A stretch of 64,000 nucleotides of DNA, taken from an uncultured Holophaga sp. GTDB lineage: Bacteria; Acidobacteriota; Holophagae; Holophagales; Holophagaceae. A model generated the notes under the pieces. That model ran no database searches. It was not told where the DNA came from and saw only the letters and a program-made list of their open reading frames with translations. The stretch spans positions 1,088,001 through 1,152,000 of the forward strand of contig OY761614.1 in NCBI GenBank assembly GCA_963664825.1, written 5' to 3'. Below are positions 9,534 to 18,492 of the stretch, one piece after another. The first letter of the stretch is position 1. Each line of letters starts with the position of its first letter. Position numbers and translations under genes: made by a program.

Positions 9534-10109
9534 ATGGCCGCCCTCATTGAAGCCATCAGCATCAAGCGCAAGATGTACTTCGAATTCGAAGGAACACCCT
9601 ACCACTGCCTGGACGTGGAGGTCTCCACGCCCACGGCCCGGGGCGGTCAGACCCTCGTCCGCCTCAAGATGCGCAACATGCTCAGCCGCGCCGTCTTTGA
9701 CAAGACATTCAAGGCCGGGGACAAGTTCGCCGAACCCGATCTCGCCATGGTGCCCGCCAGCTTCCTCTATGCCGATGGCCAGGGAGCCCACTTCATGGAT
9801 CAGGAGAGCTACGAAACCCATACCCTTAACGCGGAGATGATGGGCGATGCCCTGGATTTCCTGGTGGACGGCCAGATCATCCAGATCCAGAAGTACAACG
9901 GAAACCCCATCGGCCTCCAGCTGCCCACCCATGTGGAACTGGCCGTCACCTACACCGAGCCCGGCGCCCGGGGTGACACGGCCTCCGGCAATGTCATGAA
10001 GCCCGCCAAGCTGGAGACCGGCCTCGAGATCAAAGTGCCCCTCTTCATCAAGGAGGGCGAGAAGGTGAAGGTGGCCACCGAGACCCGGGAGTTTGCGGGG
10101 CGCGCGTGA
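9534..10109 (+). CDS. efp: Elongation factor P family protein with an EfpL/YeiP-like loop
   Basis: EF-P architecture (HFMDQESYE, PGARGDTA, KPAKLETG, VPLFIKEGEKV). Tip loop is TPTARGG rather than PGKG. Confidence 0.92.
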   Translation: MAALIEAISIKRKMYFEFEGTPYHCLDVEVSTPTARGGQTLVRLKMRNMLSRAVFDKTFKAGDKFAEPDLAMVPASFLYADGQGAHFMDQESYETHTLNAEMMGDALDFLVDGQIIQIQKYNGNPIGLQLPTHVELAVTYTEPGARGDTASGNVMKPAKLETGLEIKVPLFIKEGEKVKVATETREFAGRA

Positions 10110-11194
10110 GAAAATTCCGTCTAGGCCAAAGCCGCGAGGCCCGCGATCTGGACGGTTCAGATGTCTACGCCCGGGAGGGACGGGCCCAGAGCAAGCGCCG
10201 CCAACAGAGCGCCGATCGCCTCCAGACGGGCATCGAGGCCCACGATTCGGACACCATGCTCTTCCTGCCCGATGCCGCGCCCTGGATGCATTACGAAGAG
10301 GCCACTCTCATCCAGCGGCACAGCCAATGGGTGGACCTGGAACTGGCCGACCGCAGCCTGCTCCACGCCACCCTAGCCGGGAAGCTCAAGGGCGTGAAGC
10401 TGGTGGTGGGGGACCGGGTGCGCTATTCGCCAGTACCCATCGATGCGGTGGACCCCACGGGGCCCCAGGCCCAGGTGGTGGCCGTGATGCCCCGGCGGAC
10501 CCTGCTCAAGCGGGGCGGCATCGACGACCGGGAGCCCTGGCAGCTCATCGCGGCCAACGCCGACGAACTGTGGGCCTGCGCCGCCGTGGTGGACCCGGTG
10601 CTGAGACCGGGCCTGCTGGAACGGGCCCAGACACTCGCCCTGGCCGCAGGCCTCACGTTCCGGGTGATCGTCACGAAACGGGACAAGGCCAGTCCCAAGG
10701 ACACCCTTCCTGAACTGGATCCCCTGCGGGAGCAGGGTGTGCCCATGGTGGAGACGAGCTCCCTTCATGCCACTGGCCTGGAAGAACTGAAGGAATTGCT
10801 CCGGAGCCGCGTGGTGGTGCTGGTGGGCCACAGCGGCGTGGGAAAGAGCGCGCTGGTGAACGCCCTGATGCCCGAACTGACTCTCAAGACCGGGGTCATG
10901 AGTCGCTATGGCACGGGGCGTCAGACCACCACGGCGGCCCGTTGGCTGCCCACCCCCTTCGGCGGCACCCTCATTGATACCCCCGGCATCCGCACCCTCA
11001 GCGTGCGCGGTATCGACCGCGCCCTCCTCCATCGAATCTTTCCGGAACTGCCCTCGGAATGGGTCGAGGATCCCTCTGGCCTGGATCCCGAAGACGAGGC
11101 CCTCGAGCTCCGCTACCCGGAGCGCCTCCAGAGCCTTCAGCGCTTATGGGAGGAAATGGGCGAACGGAATCCCAACCAGAGCAGCTACAGCTGA
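10106..11194 (+). CDS. rsgA: Ribosome small subunit-dependent GTPase A-like (circularly permuted GTPase)
   Basis: OB-fold VVGDRV, IAANAD, G4 TKRD, G1 GHSGVGKS, G2 GRQTTT, G3 DTPGIR. Start overlaps the efp stop. Confidence 0.85.
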   Translation: MRKFRLGQSREARDLDGSDVYAREGRAQSKRRQQSADRLQTGIEAHDSDTMLFLPDAAPWMHYEEATLIQRHSQWVDLELADRSLLHATLAGKLKGVKLVVGDRVRYSPVPIDAVDPTGPQAQVVAVMPRRTLLKRGGIDDREPWQLIAANADELWACAAVVDPVLRPGLLERAQTLALAAGLTFRVIVTKRDKASPKDTLPELDPLREQGVPMVETSSLHATGLEELKELLRSRVVVLVGHSGVGKSALVNALMPELTLKTGVMSRYGTGRQTTTAARWLPTPFGGTLIDTPGIRTLSVRGIDRALLHRIFPELPSEWVEDPSGLDPEDEALELRYPERLQSLQRLWEEMGERNPNQSSYS

Positions 11195-11233
11195 GGGCGC
11201 GATGCCTCTTGCCCGAGGTGAACCCGATCGGCC

Positions 11234-11605
11234 CTATCGCAGCTGGGGACGCGCGGAAGAACGGCGCCGCGCTGCCCCCCAGAAATAGACCCTCCGGGCG
11301 CAGGACGAGACGCCAGGAAGGCCCATCAGGGGCGCGAGCAGGCGCCAGCGCGGCAGGCGGCGGAGGACCCAGGTGAGCACCTCGGCCCCCGCGCGCACCT
11401 CGCGGGTCCCCATATCCACGGCATGGATCTCCAGATGCAGGGGGCGCCCAGCCAGTTCAGGGGCCATCCTGGGGAGTTCTGCATTCTGAAGGGGAAAAGT
11501 GACCACCAGACCCCATCGATCCCGGCGCCGCACCCAGTCCATCATCCTGCAGCAGAGCGCACATTCCCCGTCATAGGCCACCAGCAGAGGCGCGGGCCGA
11601 GACAT
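11234..11605 (-). CDS. DCC-family (DUF393) thiol-disulfide oxidoreductase
   Basis: N-terminal YDGECALC motif and FPLQ. ATG overlaps the upstream TGA. Confidence 0.85.
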   Translation of the reverse strand: MSRPAPLLVAYDGECALCCRMMDWVRRRDRWGLVVTFPLQNAELPRMAPELAGRPLHLEIHAVDMGTREVRAGAEVLTWVLRRLPRWRLLAPLMGLPGVSSCARRVYFWGAARRRSSARPQLR

Positions 11606-13038
11606 CAAAGGGGCTGCGGGACCAGAAGCCCCAGGAGGGCCTTGCCCCAGGCAACCATGGACAGGACGCCCTTGGGAGGCGTCAGGGTTCTTTGGTAGCG
11701 GCGCAGTTCGCCCTCGTGGTTGATGACGAAATCACTCTCTTCCAGGTAGGTCGCCACCGGCAGACGGGCCGTGGCGACCTGACTCAACTCCGAGGGGAGG
11801 GGTTCTAGCACCAGGCTGAAGGCCGCCCCTTCGACGATCTGACGCAGCTGCTGGTTCTCGTGATGGCTGCTGAATTCGGCATCGTGGAGCACCAGTACGG
11901 CCTTCACTTCCCCCTCTCGGATGAGGTCCAACAATTCGCCCAGGTGACCGAAACGGTAGCCCCGCTCGGCGAAGCCCCGGCGATTGAAGATGCCATCCCC
12001 GCTGCCCTGGAGTTCGGGATAGAGCAGGGGGTAGCGCCGGTCCCCGCTGCCGAAGCAGAGTTCCTCGCGGCCCGCCAGGGCGGCCCAGCGCTGGGCCGCA
12101 TCACACCCGAAGGTGCCTTGCCCCACCACGGCCACCGTGCCAGCCCCACGGAGAACCTCGGCGATGGACTCCAGGGTGGCGGGCTGGCCCTTCAACTCGG
12201 GCTGGACCAGCCGGGTTGCGGCCTCGAGGTTATAGCGGGCATAGGCCTGGCGTTCCTCGTCGAAGAGGAAACGGGTGGCCCGCTTCCGCTCCAGTGGCCT
12301 GGGACGGAAGCGCCAGACCCGGTTCTCGTCCACATCGGCCCACAGGGGGCTGGCCATGGCCGAATGGCGACTGATGGTGGGGATGGGTTTGAGATACCAG
12401 ACCCGCTTGGTGAAGCGGAAATCCCGGCTGGTGAGCGCTCCCACCGGACATAGATCCACCACGTTCCCCGCCAGGGGATTCGAATCCATGGAGAGCCCTT
12501 CGAAGGTCGTCACTTCGAGCTGGGCGCCCCGATTGGCCATGGTCAGTTCGGAGGTCTTGGAGATCTCCTGGGTGAAGCGGACGCAGCGCGTGCAGTGGAT
12601 GCAGCGGTTCTTGTCTAGAACGATCTTGGCGCCCAGATCCTCGTACCGGTAGCGCCGCTTGGGCTCCCCCATGCGGGAATCGCCGCTGCCGTACTGGTAG
12701 CTGTAGTCCTGGAGCTTGCATTCACCAGCCTGGTCGCAGATGGGGCAGTCCAGGGGATGGTTGAGGAGCAGGAATTCCATCACGGCGGCCCGGGCATCGG
12801 AGACCGCGGGCGACTGGGTGCTGACCTCCATGCCCTCGGCAGCGAAGGTCGTGCAGGAGGTCGCTAATTTAAGCTGGCCCTTGATCTCCACCATGCACAT
12901 GCGGCAGGTGGCCACCACCGTCAGGGCCGGGTGATAGCAGTAGTGCGGGATCTCGAAGCCCGCCTCCTGGCAGGCATCCAGCAGCAGCGTGCCGGGCTCC
13001 ACAGTCACGGAGATATCGTTGATCTTCAGCGTCGGCAT
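11605..13038 (-). CDS. nuoG: NADH-quinone oxidoreductase subunit G-like Fe-S protein (short, stand-alone)
   Basis: PHYCYHP..CRMCMVE..SC (2Fe-2S), NHPLDCPICDQAGEC, RCIHCTRCVRF and DLCPVGALT. Confidence 0.85.
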   Translation of the reverse strand: MPTLKINDISVTVEPGTLLLDACQEAGFEIPHYCYHPALTVVATCRMCMVEIKGQLKLATSCTTFAAEGMEVSTQSPAVSDARAAVMEFLLLNHPLDCPICDQAGECKLQDYSYQYGSGDSRMGEPKRRYRYEDLGAKIVLDKNRCIHCTRCVRFTQEISKTSELTMANRGAQLEVTTFEGLSMDSNPLAGNVVDLCPVGALTSRDFRFTKRVWYLKPIPTISRHSAMASPLWADVDENRVWRFRPRPLERKRATRFLFDEERQAYARYNLEAATRLVQPELKGQPATLESIAEVLRGAGTVAVVGQGTFGCDAAQRWAALAGREELCFGSGDRRYPLLYPELQGSGDGIFNRRGFAERGYRFGHLGELLDLIREGEVKAVLVLHDAEFSSHHENQQLRQIVEGAAFSLVLEPLPSELSQVATARLPVATYLEESDFVINHEGELRRYQRTLTPPKGVLSMVAWGKALLGLLVPQPL

Positions 13039-13087
13039 GAACCACCCTGCCCTTCAGATGTCCTGGTGCGGAGGATCCGCTCCCAAT

Positions 13088-13429
13088 TCAGGCATGGCCA
13101 GGGCTCGCGACCAGGCAATGACGGCAGAAAGCCAGGAAATCCTTCAGGTCCGGAACGTCCACATTCACGTTGGAGGGCACCACGTGAGGGATCACGATGC
13201 GCTTCTGGAGTTCCCCGCAGGCCTCCAGGGAAAACACGAACCAGGCCATCCGATCCCCCTCGGAGGAGAGGTTGACCGATACCACCCGGGTCTCGAAGAA
13301 GAGCTGGGGACGGGTATCGGTATCCTCGATGACGCGCCATCCGGGGAAGTGCCCGCGTTTGACGAAGGCCTCCTTCAGTTCCTCAAGCGTGTGCTGGACC
13401 GTGAACTGGACTTCAACCTGGACATCCAT
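13088..13429 (-). CDS. Hypothetical protein
   Basis: ORF of about 113 aa with GGAGGG upstream, co-oriented between the barrel gene and the nuoG-like gene. No family recognised. Confidence 0.6.
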   Translation of the reverse strand: MDVQVEVQFTVQHTLEELKEAFVKRGHFPGWRVIEDTDTRPQLFFETRVVSVNLSSEGDRMAWFVFSLEACGELQKRIVIPHVVPSNVNVDVPDLKDFLAFCRHCLVASPGHA

Positions 13430-13474
13430 GATCCCTCCCATGTCTTTCCATCGGCTTGCAAAACGGGCGATACC

Positions 13475-14077
13475 CTAAAGATGGATGCCCAGGGCCACTT
13501 CCACCACGGAGCCGGACTTGGATCCGCCCTGGACGTTCTCGGTCTGGAGCCCGGCCAGATGCAGCTCCAGGCTCAGGGCTTCCGTGAATCGGAAACCCAC
13601 ACAGAACACCGGTTTGGTCGAAGCCGCTCGGACGCCCTTGAGCTTGATCCGAAGATCGCCCCCGTCGGCTGCGGCGCCAGGCACGGTAGTGGTCTGTTCG
13701 GCACGCAGGCTGTAATGCCTGAGGCCGCCCTGAAGGTAGAGCCCATCCAGGGAACTGGCCGTGAAGCAGTAACGATAGGCGACGCCCCCGAAAAAGCCAT
13801 CGCTTCCACTATCAATGGTCGTGTTCGAAGCCGCCTGGGTCCTGGAGGTAGGGAAGACCCGGTAGCCCCCCTCGAAGACCAGGTGATGATTCCGGGCGAA
13901 GGGATAGACCCCCTCGATGCCCAGCCCATATACCTTGTCCTGTCCGATGCTGGCCTTTTCGGCGCCGCTCATCATTCCGGCGGAAAGATTGAAACTCGAA
14001 TCCCAGAGATCCTGACCCTGAAGACAGAGCCCGCTTCCCAGGATAAACGCGAGACTCAGCATGGCAGCGCGCAACAT
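13475..14077 (-). CDS. Outer-membrane beta-barrel protein
   Basis: Signal peptide MLRAAMLSLAFILGSGLCLQG, alternating amphipathic strands and a terminal strand VEVALGIHL. Confidence 0.65.
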   Translation of the reverse strand: MLRAAMLSLAFILGSGLCLQGQDLWDSSFNLSAGMMSGAEKASIGQDKVYGLGIEGVYPFARNHHLVFEGGYRVFPTSRTQAASNTTIDSGSDGFFGGVAYRYCFTASSLDGLYLQGGLRHYSLRAEQTTTVPGAAADGGDLRIKLKGVRAASTKPVFCVGFRFTEALSLELHLAGLQTENVQGGSKSGSVVEVALGIHL

Positions 14078-14196
14078 CTTTCCCCCAGTGGGGCCGATGA
14101 AAGGCAAGGCCCACCCAATGACCGAGAGAATAGCAGGGAACCCGAGCTTCCTACAGACGCCTCCCCCGTGGGAAAATGCCCTTTTGCGAGGCATCC

Positions 14197-15756
14197 ATGG
14201 CCACAGCCCTGTTCTCGGTCTTCGATAAGACGGGGCTCGTCCCGCTGGCTCAGGGCCTGAAGGGGCTCGGTTGGGATTTGCTGGCCACCGGCGGAACCCT
14301 CAAGGCTCTGCGGGAGGCGGGCATTCCGGTCCAGGAGGTGGCCGAATACACCGGCGCCCCGGAATGCTTCGGGGGCCGCGTCAAGACCCTCCATCCCAAG
14401 ATCCATGGCGGCCTGCTCTTCCGGCGGGACGAGGCGGCCCACCTCCAGGACGCTCAGCGCCTGGGTATCCCGCCCATCGATCTGGTGGTGGTGAACCTAT
14501 ATCCCTTCGAAGCCACGGTGGCCAGGGAGGGCGCCACCTTCGCGGACTGCATCGAACAGATCGATATCGGCGGTCCCAGCATGCTGCGCAGCGCCGCCAA
14601 GAATCACGCCTCCGTCACCGTGCTCACCGATCCCGCCCAGTACGAGCCCTTCCTTGAAAAACTCAAGGCGGGCACCTGGAATGAGGCCGACCGCAGGGCC
14701 TGCGCGCTGAAGGTCTTTCAGACCACCAGCGCCTACGACACCGCCATCGCCACCTGGTTCGCAAATCAGATGCAGGGTTCGGCAGGCGACAGCGACCGAA
14801 CCTGTCCCCTCCCCGAGCGCCTCACCCTCGGCCTGCGCCAGAAGCAAAGCCTCCGCTACGGCGAGAACCCCCACCAGGACGCGGGCTTCTACGTGCAGCC
14901 GGGGACCACCCCGGAAGGCCTGGTCGCCTGCCATCAGCTCCAGGGCAAGGAACTCTCCTTCAATAATCTGCTGGATGCCGACGCCACGGCCCGCCTGGCC
15001 TGGGCCTTCCAGGAGCCCAGCTGCATCATCGTCAAACACAGCAACCCCTGCGGCGCGGCCTGTGCCGACACCCCTCTCGAGGCATTCCAGAAGGCTCTGG
15101 CCAGTGATCCCGTGAGCGCCTTCGGAGGCATCGTCGCCTTCAACCGCCCCGTGGACGAGACGACGGCCCGGGCCCTGGCGCCCACCTTCTGGGAAGTGAT
15201 CCTGGCGCCGGCCTTCAGCCAGGAGGCCCTTTCCTTACTCGCTGCCAAGAAGGCCCTGCGCCTCTTGGAAACCCCCACCACCTGGCCCATGGGCGCCAGC
15301 GGCCTGGATGTGCGCGCCATCGGCGGCGGCTACCTCGTCCAGCGCCCGGACAGAGCCTTCGCCCCCTTCGAGGACTGGGAAGTAAAGGTGGAGGGCCGAG
15401 GCCCCAGGCCCTCTCCCCGGGACCTGGTGCTGGCCCAGCAGGTGGCCAAGCTGGTGAAATCCAATAGCATCGTGCTGGTGAAGGATGGCGGCACCGTCGG
15501 GGTAGGCGCGGGCCAAATGAGCCGGGTGGATAGCGTCGATATCGCCTGCCGCAAGGCCGGCGAGAAAGCCAGGGGCGCCGTGCTGGGCAGTGACGCCTAC
15601 TTCCCCTTCGCCGATGGCCTGGAACTCGCGGCCTCCCATGGCGTGACCGCCTGCGTCGAACCCGGAGGCAGCATGCGGGACCCCGAGGTCATCAAAGCCG
15701 CCCAGAGACTCGGGGTCTGGCTCTTCTTCACGGGAATGCGGCACTTCAGGCATTGA
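14197..15756 (+). CDS. purH: Bifunctional AICAR transformylase/IMP cyclohydrolase
   Basis: ALFSVFDKTG, GRVKTLHPKIHGG, IDIGGPSM, LRYGENPHQ, GAGQMSRVDS, TGMRHFRH. Confidence 0.98.
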   Translation: MATALFSVFDKTGLVPLAQGLKGLGWDLLATGGTLKALREAGIPVQEVAEYTGAPECFGGRVKTLHPKIHGGLLFRRDEAAHLQDAQRLGIPPIDLVVVNLYPFEATVAREGATFADCIEQIDIGGPSMLRSAAKNHASVTVLTDPAQYEPFLEKLKAGTWNEADRRACALKVFQTTSAYDTAIATWFANQMQGSAGDSDRTCPLPERLTLGLRQKQSLRYGENPHQDAGFYVQPGTTPEGLVACHQLQGKELSFNNLLDADATARLAWAFQEPSCIIVKHSNPCGAACADTPLEAFQKALASDPVSAFGGIVAFNRPVDETTARALAPTFWEVILAPAFSQEALSLLAAKKALRLLETPTTWPMGASGLDVRAIGGGYLVQRPDRAFAPFEDWEVKVEGRGPRPSPRDLVLAQQVAKLVKSNSIVLVKDGGTVGVGAGQMSRVDSVDIACRKAGEKARGAVLGSDAYFPFADGLELAASHGVTACVEPGGSMRDPEVIKAAQRLGVWLFFTGMRHFRH

Positions 15757-15853
15757 GCCATCACATTCTCGGCGACAATGGAGAGATTCAGGCCCTAGCC
15801 CCCGCATTACCCAACCCCCTCGCGTTCGTTCGCGTCATTCCCGGTCCAAACCC

Positions 15854-18487
15854 ATGAAAACATCCGAGCTCCGTTCCTGCTTCCTCAAGTATTTCGAGAA
15901 GCACCGCCACCGCGTCGTCTCCTCCAGCCCGGTCATCGGACCGGCCGATGATCCGACCGTGATGTGGACCAATGCGGGCATGGTGCAGTTCAAGGATGTG
16001 TTCCTGGGCAAGGAGAAGCGGGACTACACCCGGGCCACTACCAGCCAGAAGTGTCTGCGGGCCGGGGGCAAGCACAATGATCTGGAGAACGTGGGCTTCA
16101 CAGCCCGCCATCACACCTTCTTCGAGATGCTGGGCAACTTCAGCTTCGGCGATTACTTCAAGGCCGATGCCATCCGCTTCGCCTGGGAATTCGTCACCGG
16201 TCCGCTCGAAGCGGGCAACCTGGGCCTGGATCCCGAACGCCTCTGGGTGACGGTCTTCGCAGGCGCCGAGGGCGTGCCTGCCGACACCGAGGCCGAGGAA
16301 CTGTGGAAGGCCGCCGGCGTGCGTCCCGACCGCATCCTGCGCTTCGGGAAAAAGGACAACTTCTGGCAGATGGGGGATACCGGCCCCTGCGGCCCCTGTT
16401 CGGAGATGCACTACTACCGGCCCAAGGATCTCTCCGGCAATCGCCCCGAGCTGGTGAATGGCGAGGGCGACGACATCATGGAGATCTGGAACCTGGTCTT
16501 CATGCAGTTCGAGCGGGATGCTCAAGGGGTGCTCACCCCCCTGCCCAGGCCCAGCGTGGATACGGGCATGGGTCTGGAGCGCACAGCCTCCATCCTTCAG
16601 GGCGTGGAGAGCAACTACGAGATCGATCTCTTCCAGCCCATCTTCCAGGCCCTCTGGAAGCTGGCGAAGGTGAAGGCCGAGGAGCGGGGCGAGCTCACCA
16701 ATCGCACGGCCTCCCAGGTGGTGGCCGATCACATCCGCGCCGCCACCTTCATGTGCTTCGATGGCGTCGTGCCCAGCAACGAGGGCCGCGGCTATGTCAT
16801 GCGCAAGATCATCCGGCGCGCCCTGCGCTTCGGCCGCAAGCTGGGTATCGAAGGCACCTTCTTCGCAAGCCTCGTGCCGGCGGTCATCGAAGCCATGGGC
16901 GACCAGTACCCCGAATTGGCCGGGGAACTGCCCCGCATCCAGAAGGTGCTGGACCGCGAGGAACGCCAGTTTTCCACGACCCTCAATGCTGGCCTCAAGG
17001 TGCTGGAAGGCTGTGATATCTCCAGCGGCACACTGATCGGCAGCGAGATCTTCAAGCTCTACGACACCTATGGCTTCCCCGTGGATCTGGTAGAGGACTG
17101 GTGCCGGGAGCACGGCCTCACCTGCGATCTGGAGGGCTATACCCGGGAATTGAACGGCCAGCGGGCCCGGGGACGCGATGCCCTGAAATCCCACGATCTC
17201 CGGCTGGCTGGCGACCTGACCATGCTGGCCGATCTGCCGCCCACTCAGTTCCTGGGCTACGACAAGCTGGAGACCACCGCCCACGCCATGGCCCTCTTCG
17301 ACGCCGATAGCCACCGGGTCAAGCAGCTGACGGGCGAGGGCTACGTGCTCCTGGACCACACGGCTTTCTACGCCCAGAGTGGCGGCCAGACGGGCGATAC
17401 GGGCATCTTCAAGTTCGATGGAGGCAGCGCCGAAGTGCTGGACTGCACGGCCCCCGCCCCCAAGCGCAACCTGCATCGGGTGAGGGTCCACGGCCTCCTC
17501 ACGGAGAACCAGTTCCTCACCGCCACCGTGGATGCCAGCCGCCGGGCCCGCATCCGGGCCCACCACACCGCTACCCATCTGCTCCACGCCGCCCTGCGCG
17601 AAGTGCTGGGCACCCATGTGAAGCAGGCGGGTAGCGCCGTCGACGCCGAGCGATTACGCTTCGATTTCTCGCACTTCGCCCCCATCGAACCCGACCAGAT
17701 GCTGGAGGTCGAGCGCCTGGCCAACGAGCAGGTATTGAAGGCCACCACCACCCATATCCGCGAAATGCCCATCGAGGAGGCCCTCACTTCGGGTGCCATG
17801 GCGCTCTTCGGTGAAAAATACGGCGAGACTGTGCGGGTCATCTCTGTGCCTGGCTTCTCCAAGGAACTCTGCGGCGGTACCCATGTCTCCAATACCGGCC
17901 AGATCGGCGCCATCCAGATCGTCTCAGAAGGCGCCGTGGCCTCAGGCGTTCGGCGCATCGAAGCCGTGGCCGGAATGGCCGCCGTGGAGCGGCTCCAGGA
18001 GGACGAGAACCTGATCGGGGGCCTCTCCCGCCAGGCCAATACGGCCCGGGAAGCCCTTTCGGCCCTGCTTAGCTCCAAGGAGGCCCGCATTCAGCAACTG
18101 GAGCGCGAGTTGAAAGAAGCCAGGCTCAAGGCCGCCGGAAGCGGCGGTGCAGGCGAAAGCGTCGAAGAGGTCAAGGGCCTCACGGTGGTGACCGCCGCCG
18201 TCGAAGGCCTGGAGACCTCCTCCCTGCGGGAGATGATGGATCAGATCCGAACCCGCCATCGCAGCGCCGTGATCGCCCTGGCCTCTACCCTCGCCAAGGA
18301 CAAGGTGGCCCTCCTGGTGTCTGTTTCCGTCGACCTCCAGGACCGGGCCGATGCCGGGGCCCTGCTCAAACTCATGGCCTCCCCCATCGGCGGCCGGGGG
18401 GGTGGCAAGAAGGATCTGGCCCAGGGCGGCGGCACCCAGCCCACCGGAATTCCCGCCGCCTTCGATGCCATGAAGTTGGCTCTGTAG
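15854..18487 (+). CDS. alaS: Alanine--tRNA ligase
   Basis: NAGMVQFK, HHTFFEMLGNFSFGDYFK, DTGMGLER, editing motifs HTATHLLH and ELCGGTH, GGRGGGK. Confidence 0.98.
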   Translation: MKTSELRSCFLKYFEKHRHRVVSSSPVIGPADDPTVMWTNAGMVQFKDVFLGKEKRDYTRATTSQKCLRAGGKHNDLENVGFTARHHTFFEMLGNFSFGDYFKADAIRFAWEFVTGPLEAGNLGLDPERLWVTVFAGAEGVPADTEAEELWKAAGVRPDRILRFGKKDNFWQMGDTGPCGPCSEMHYYRPKDLSGNRPELVNGEGDDIMEIWNLVFMQFERDAQGVLTPLPRPSVDTGMGLERTASILQGVESNYEIDLFQPIFQALWKLAKVKAEERGELTNRTASQVVADHIRAATFMCFDGVVPSNEGRGYVMRKIIRRALRFGRKLGIEGTFFASLVPAVIEAMGDQYPELAGELPRIQKVLDREERQFSTTLNAGLKVLEGCDISSGTLIGSEIFKLYDTYGFPVDLVEDWCREHGLTCDLEGYTRELNGQRARGRDALKSHDLRLAGDLTMLADLPPTQFLGYDKLETTAHAMALFDADSHRVKQLTGEGYVLLDHTAFYAQSGGQTGDTGIFKFDGGSAEVLDCTAPAPKRNLHRVRVHGLLTENQFLTATVDASRRARIRAHHTATHLLHAALREVLGTHVKQAGSAVDAERLRFDFSHFAPIEPDQMLEVERLANEQVLKATTTHIREMPIEEALTSGAMALFGEKYGETVRVISVPGFSKELCGGTHVSNTGQIGAIQIVSEGAVASGVRRIEAVAGMAAVERLQEDENLIGGLSRQANTAREALSALLSSKEARIQQLERELKEARLKAAGSGGAGESVEEVKGLTVVTAAVEGLETSSLREMMDQIRTRHRSAVIALASTLAKDKVALLVSVSVDLQDRADAGALLKLMASPIGGRGGGKKDLAQGGGTQPTGIPAAFDAMKLAL

Positions 18488-18492
18488 GCCCC

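Noticed and set aside
9387..9932. N-terminal extension of the kinase ORF
   Set aside because: It is antisense to the EF-P gene; the kinase domain starts right after the ATG at 9386.
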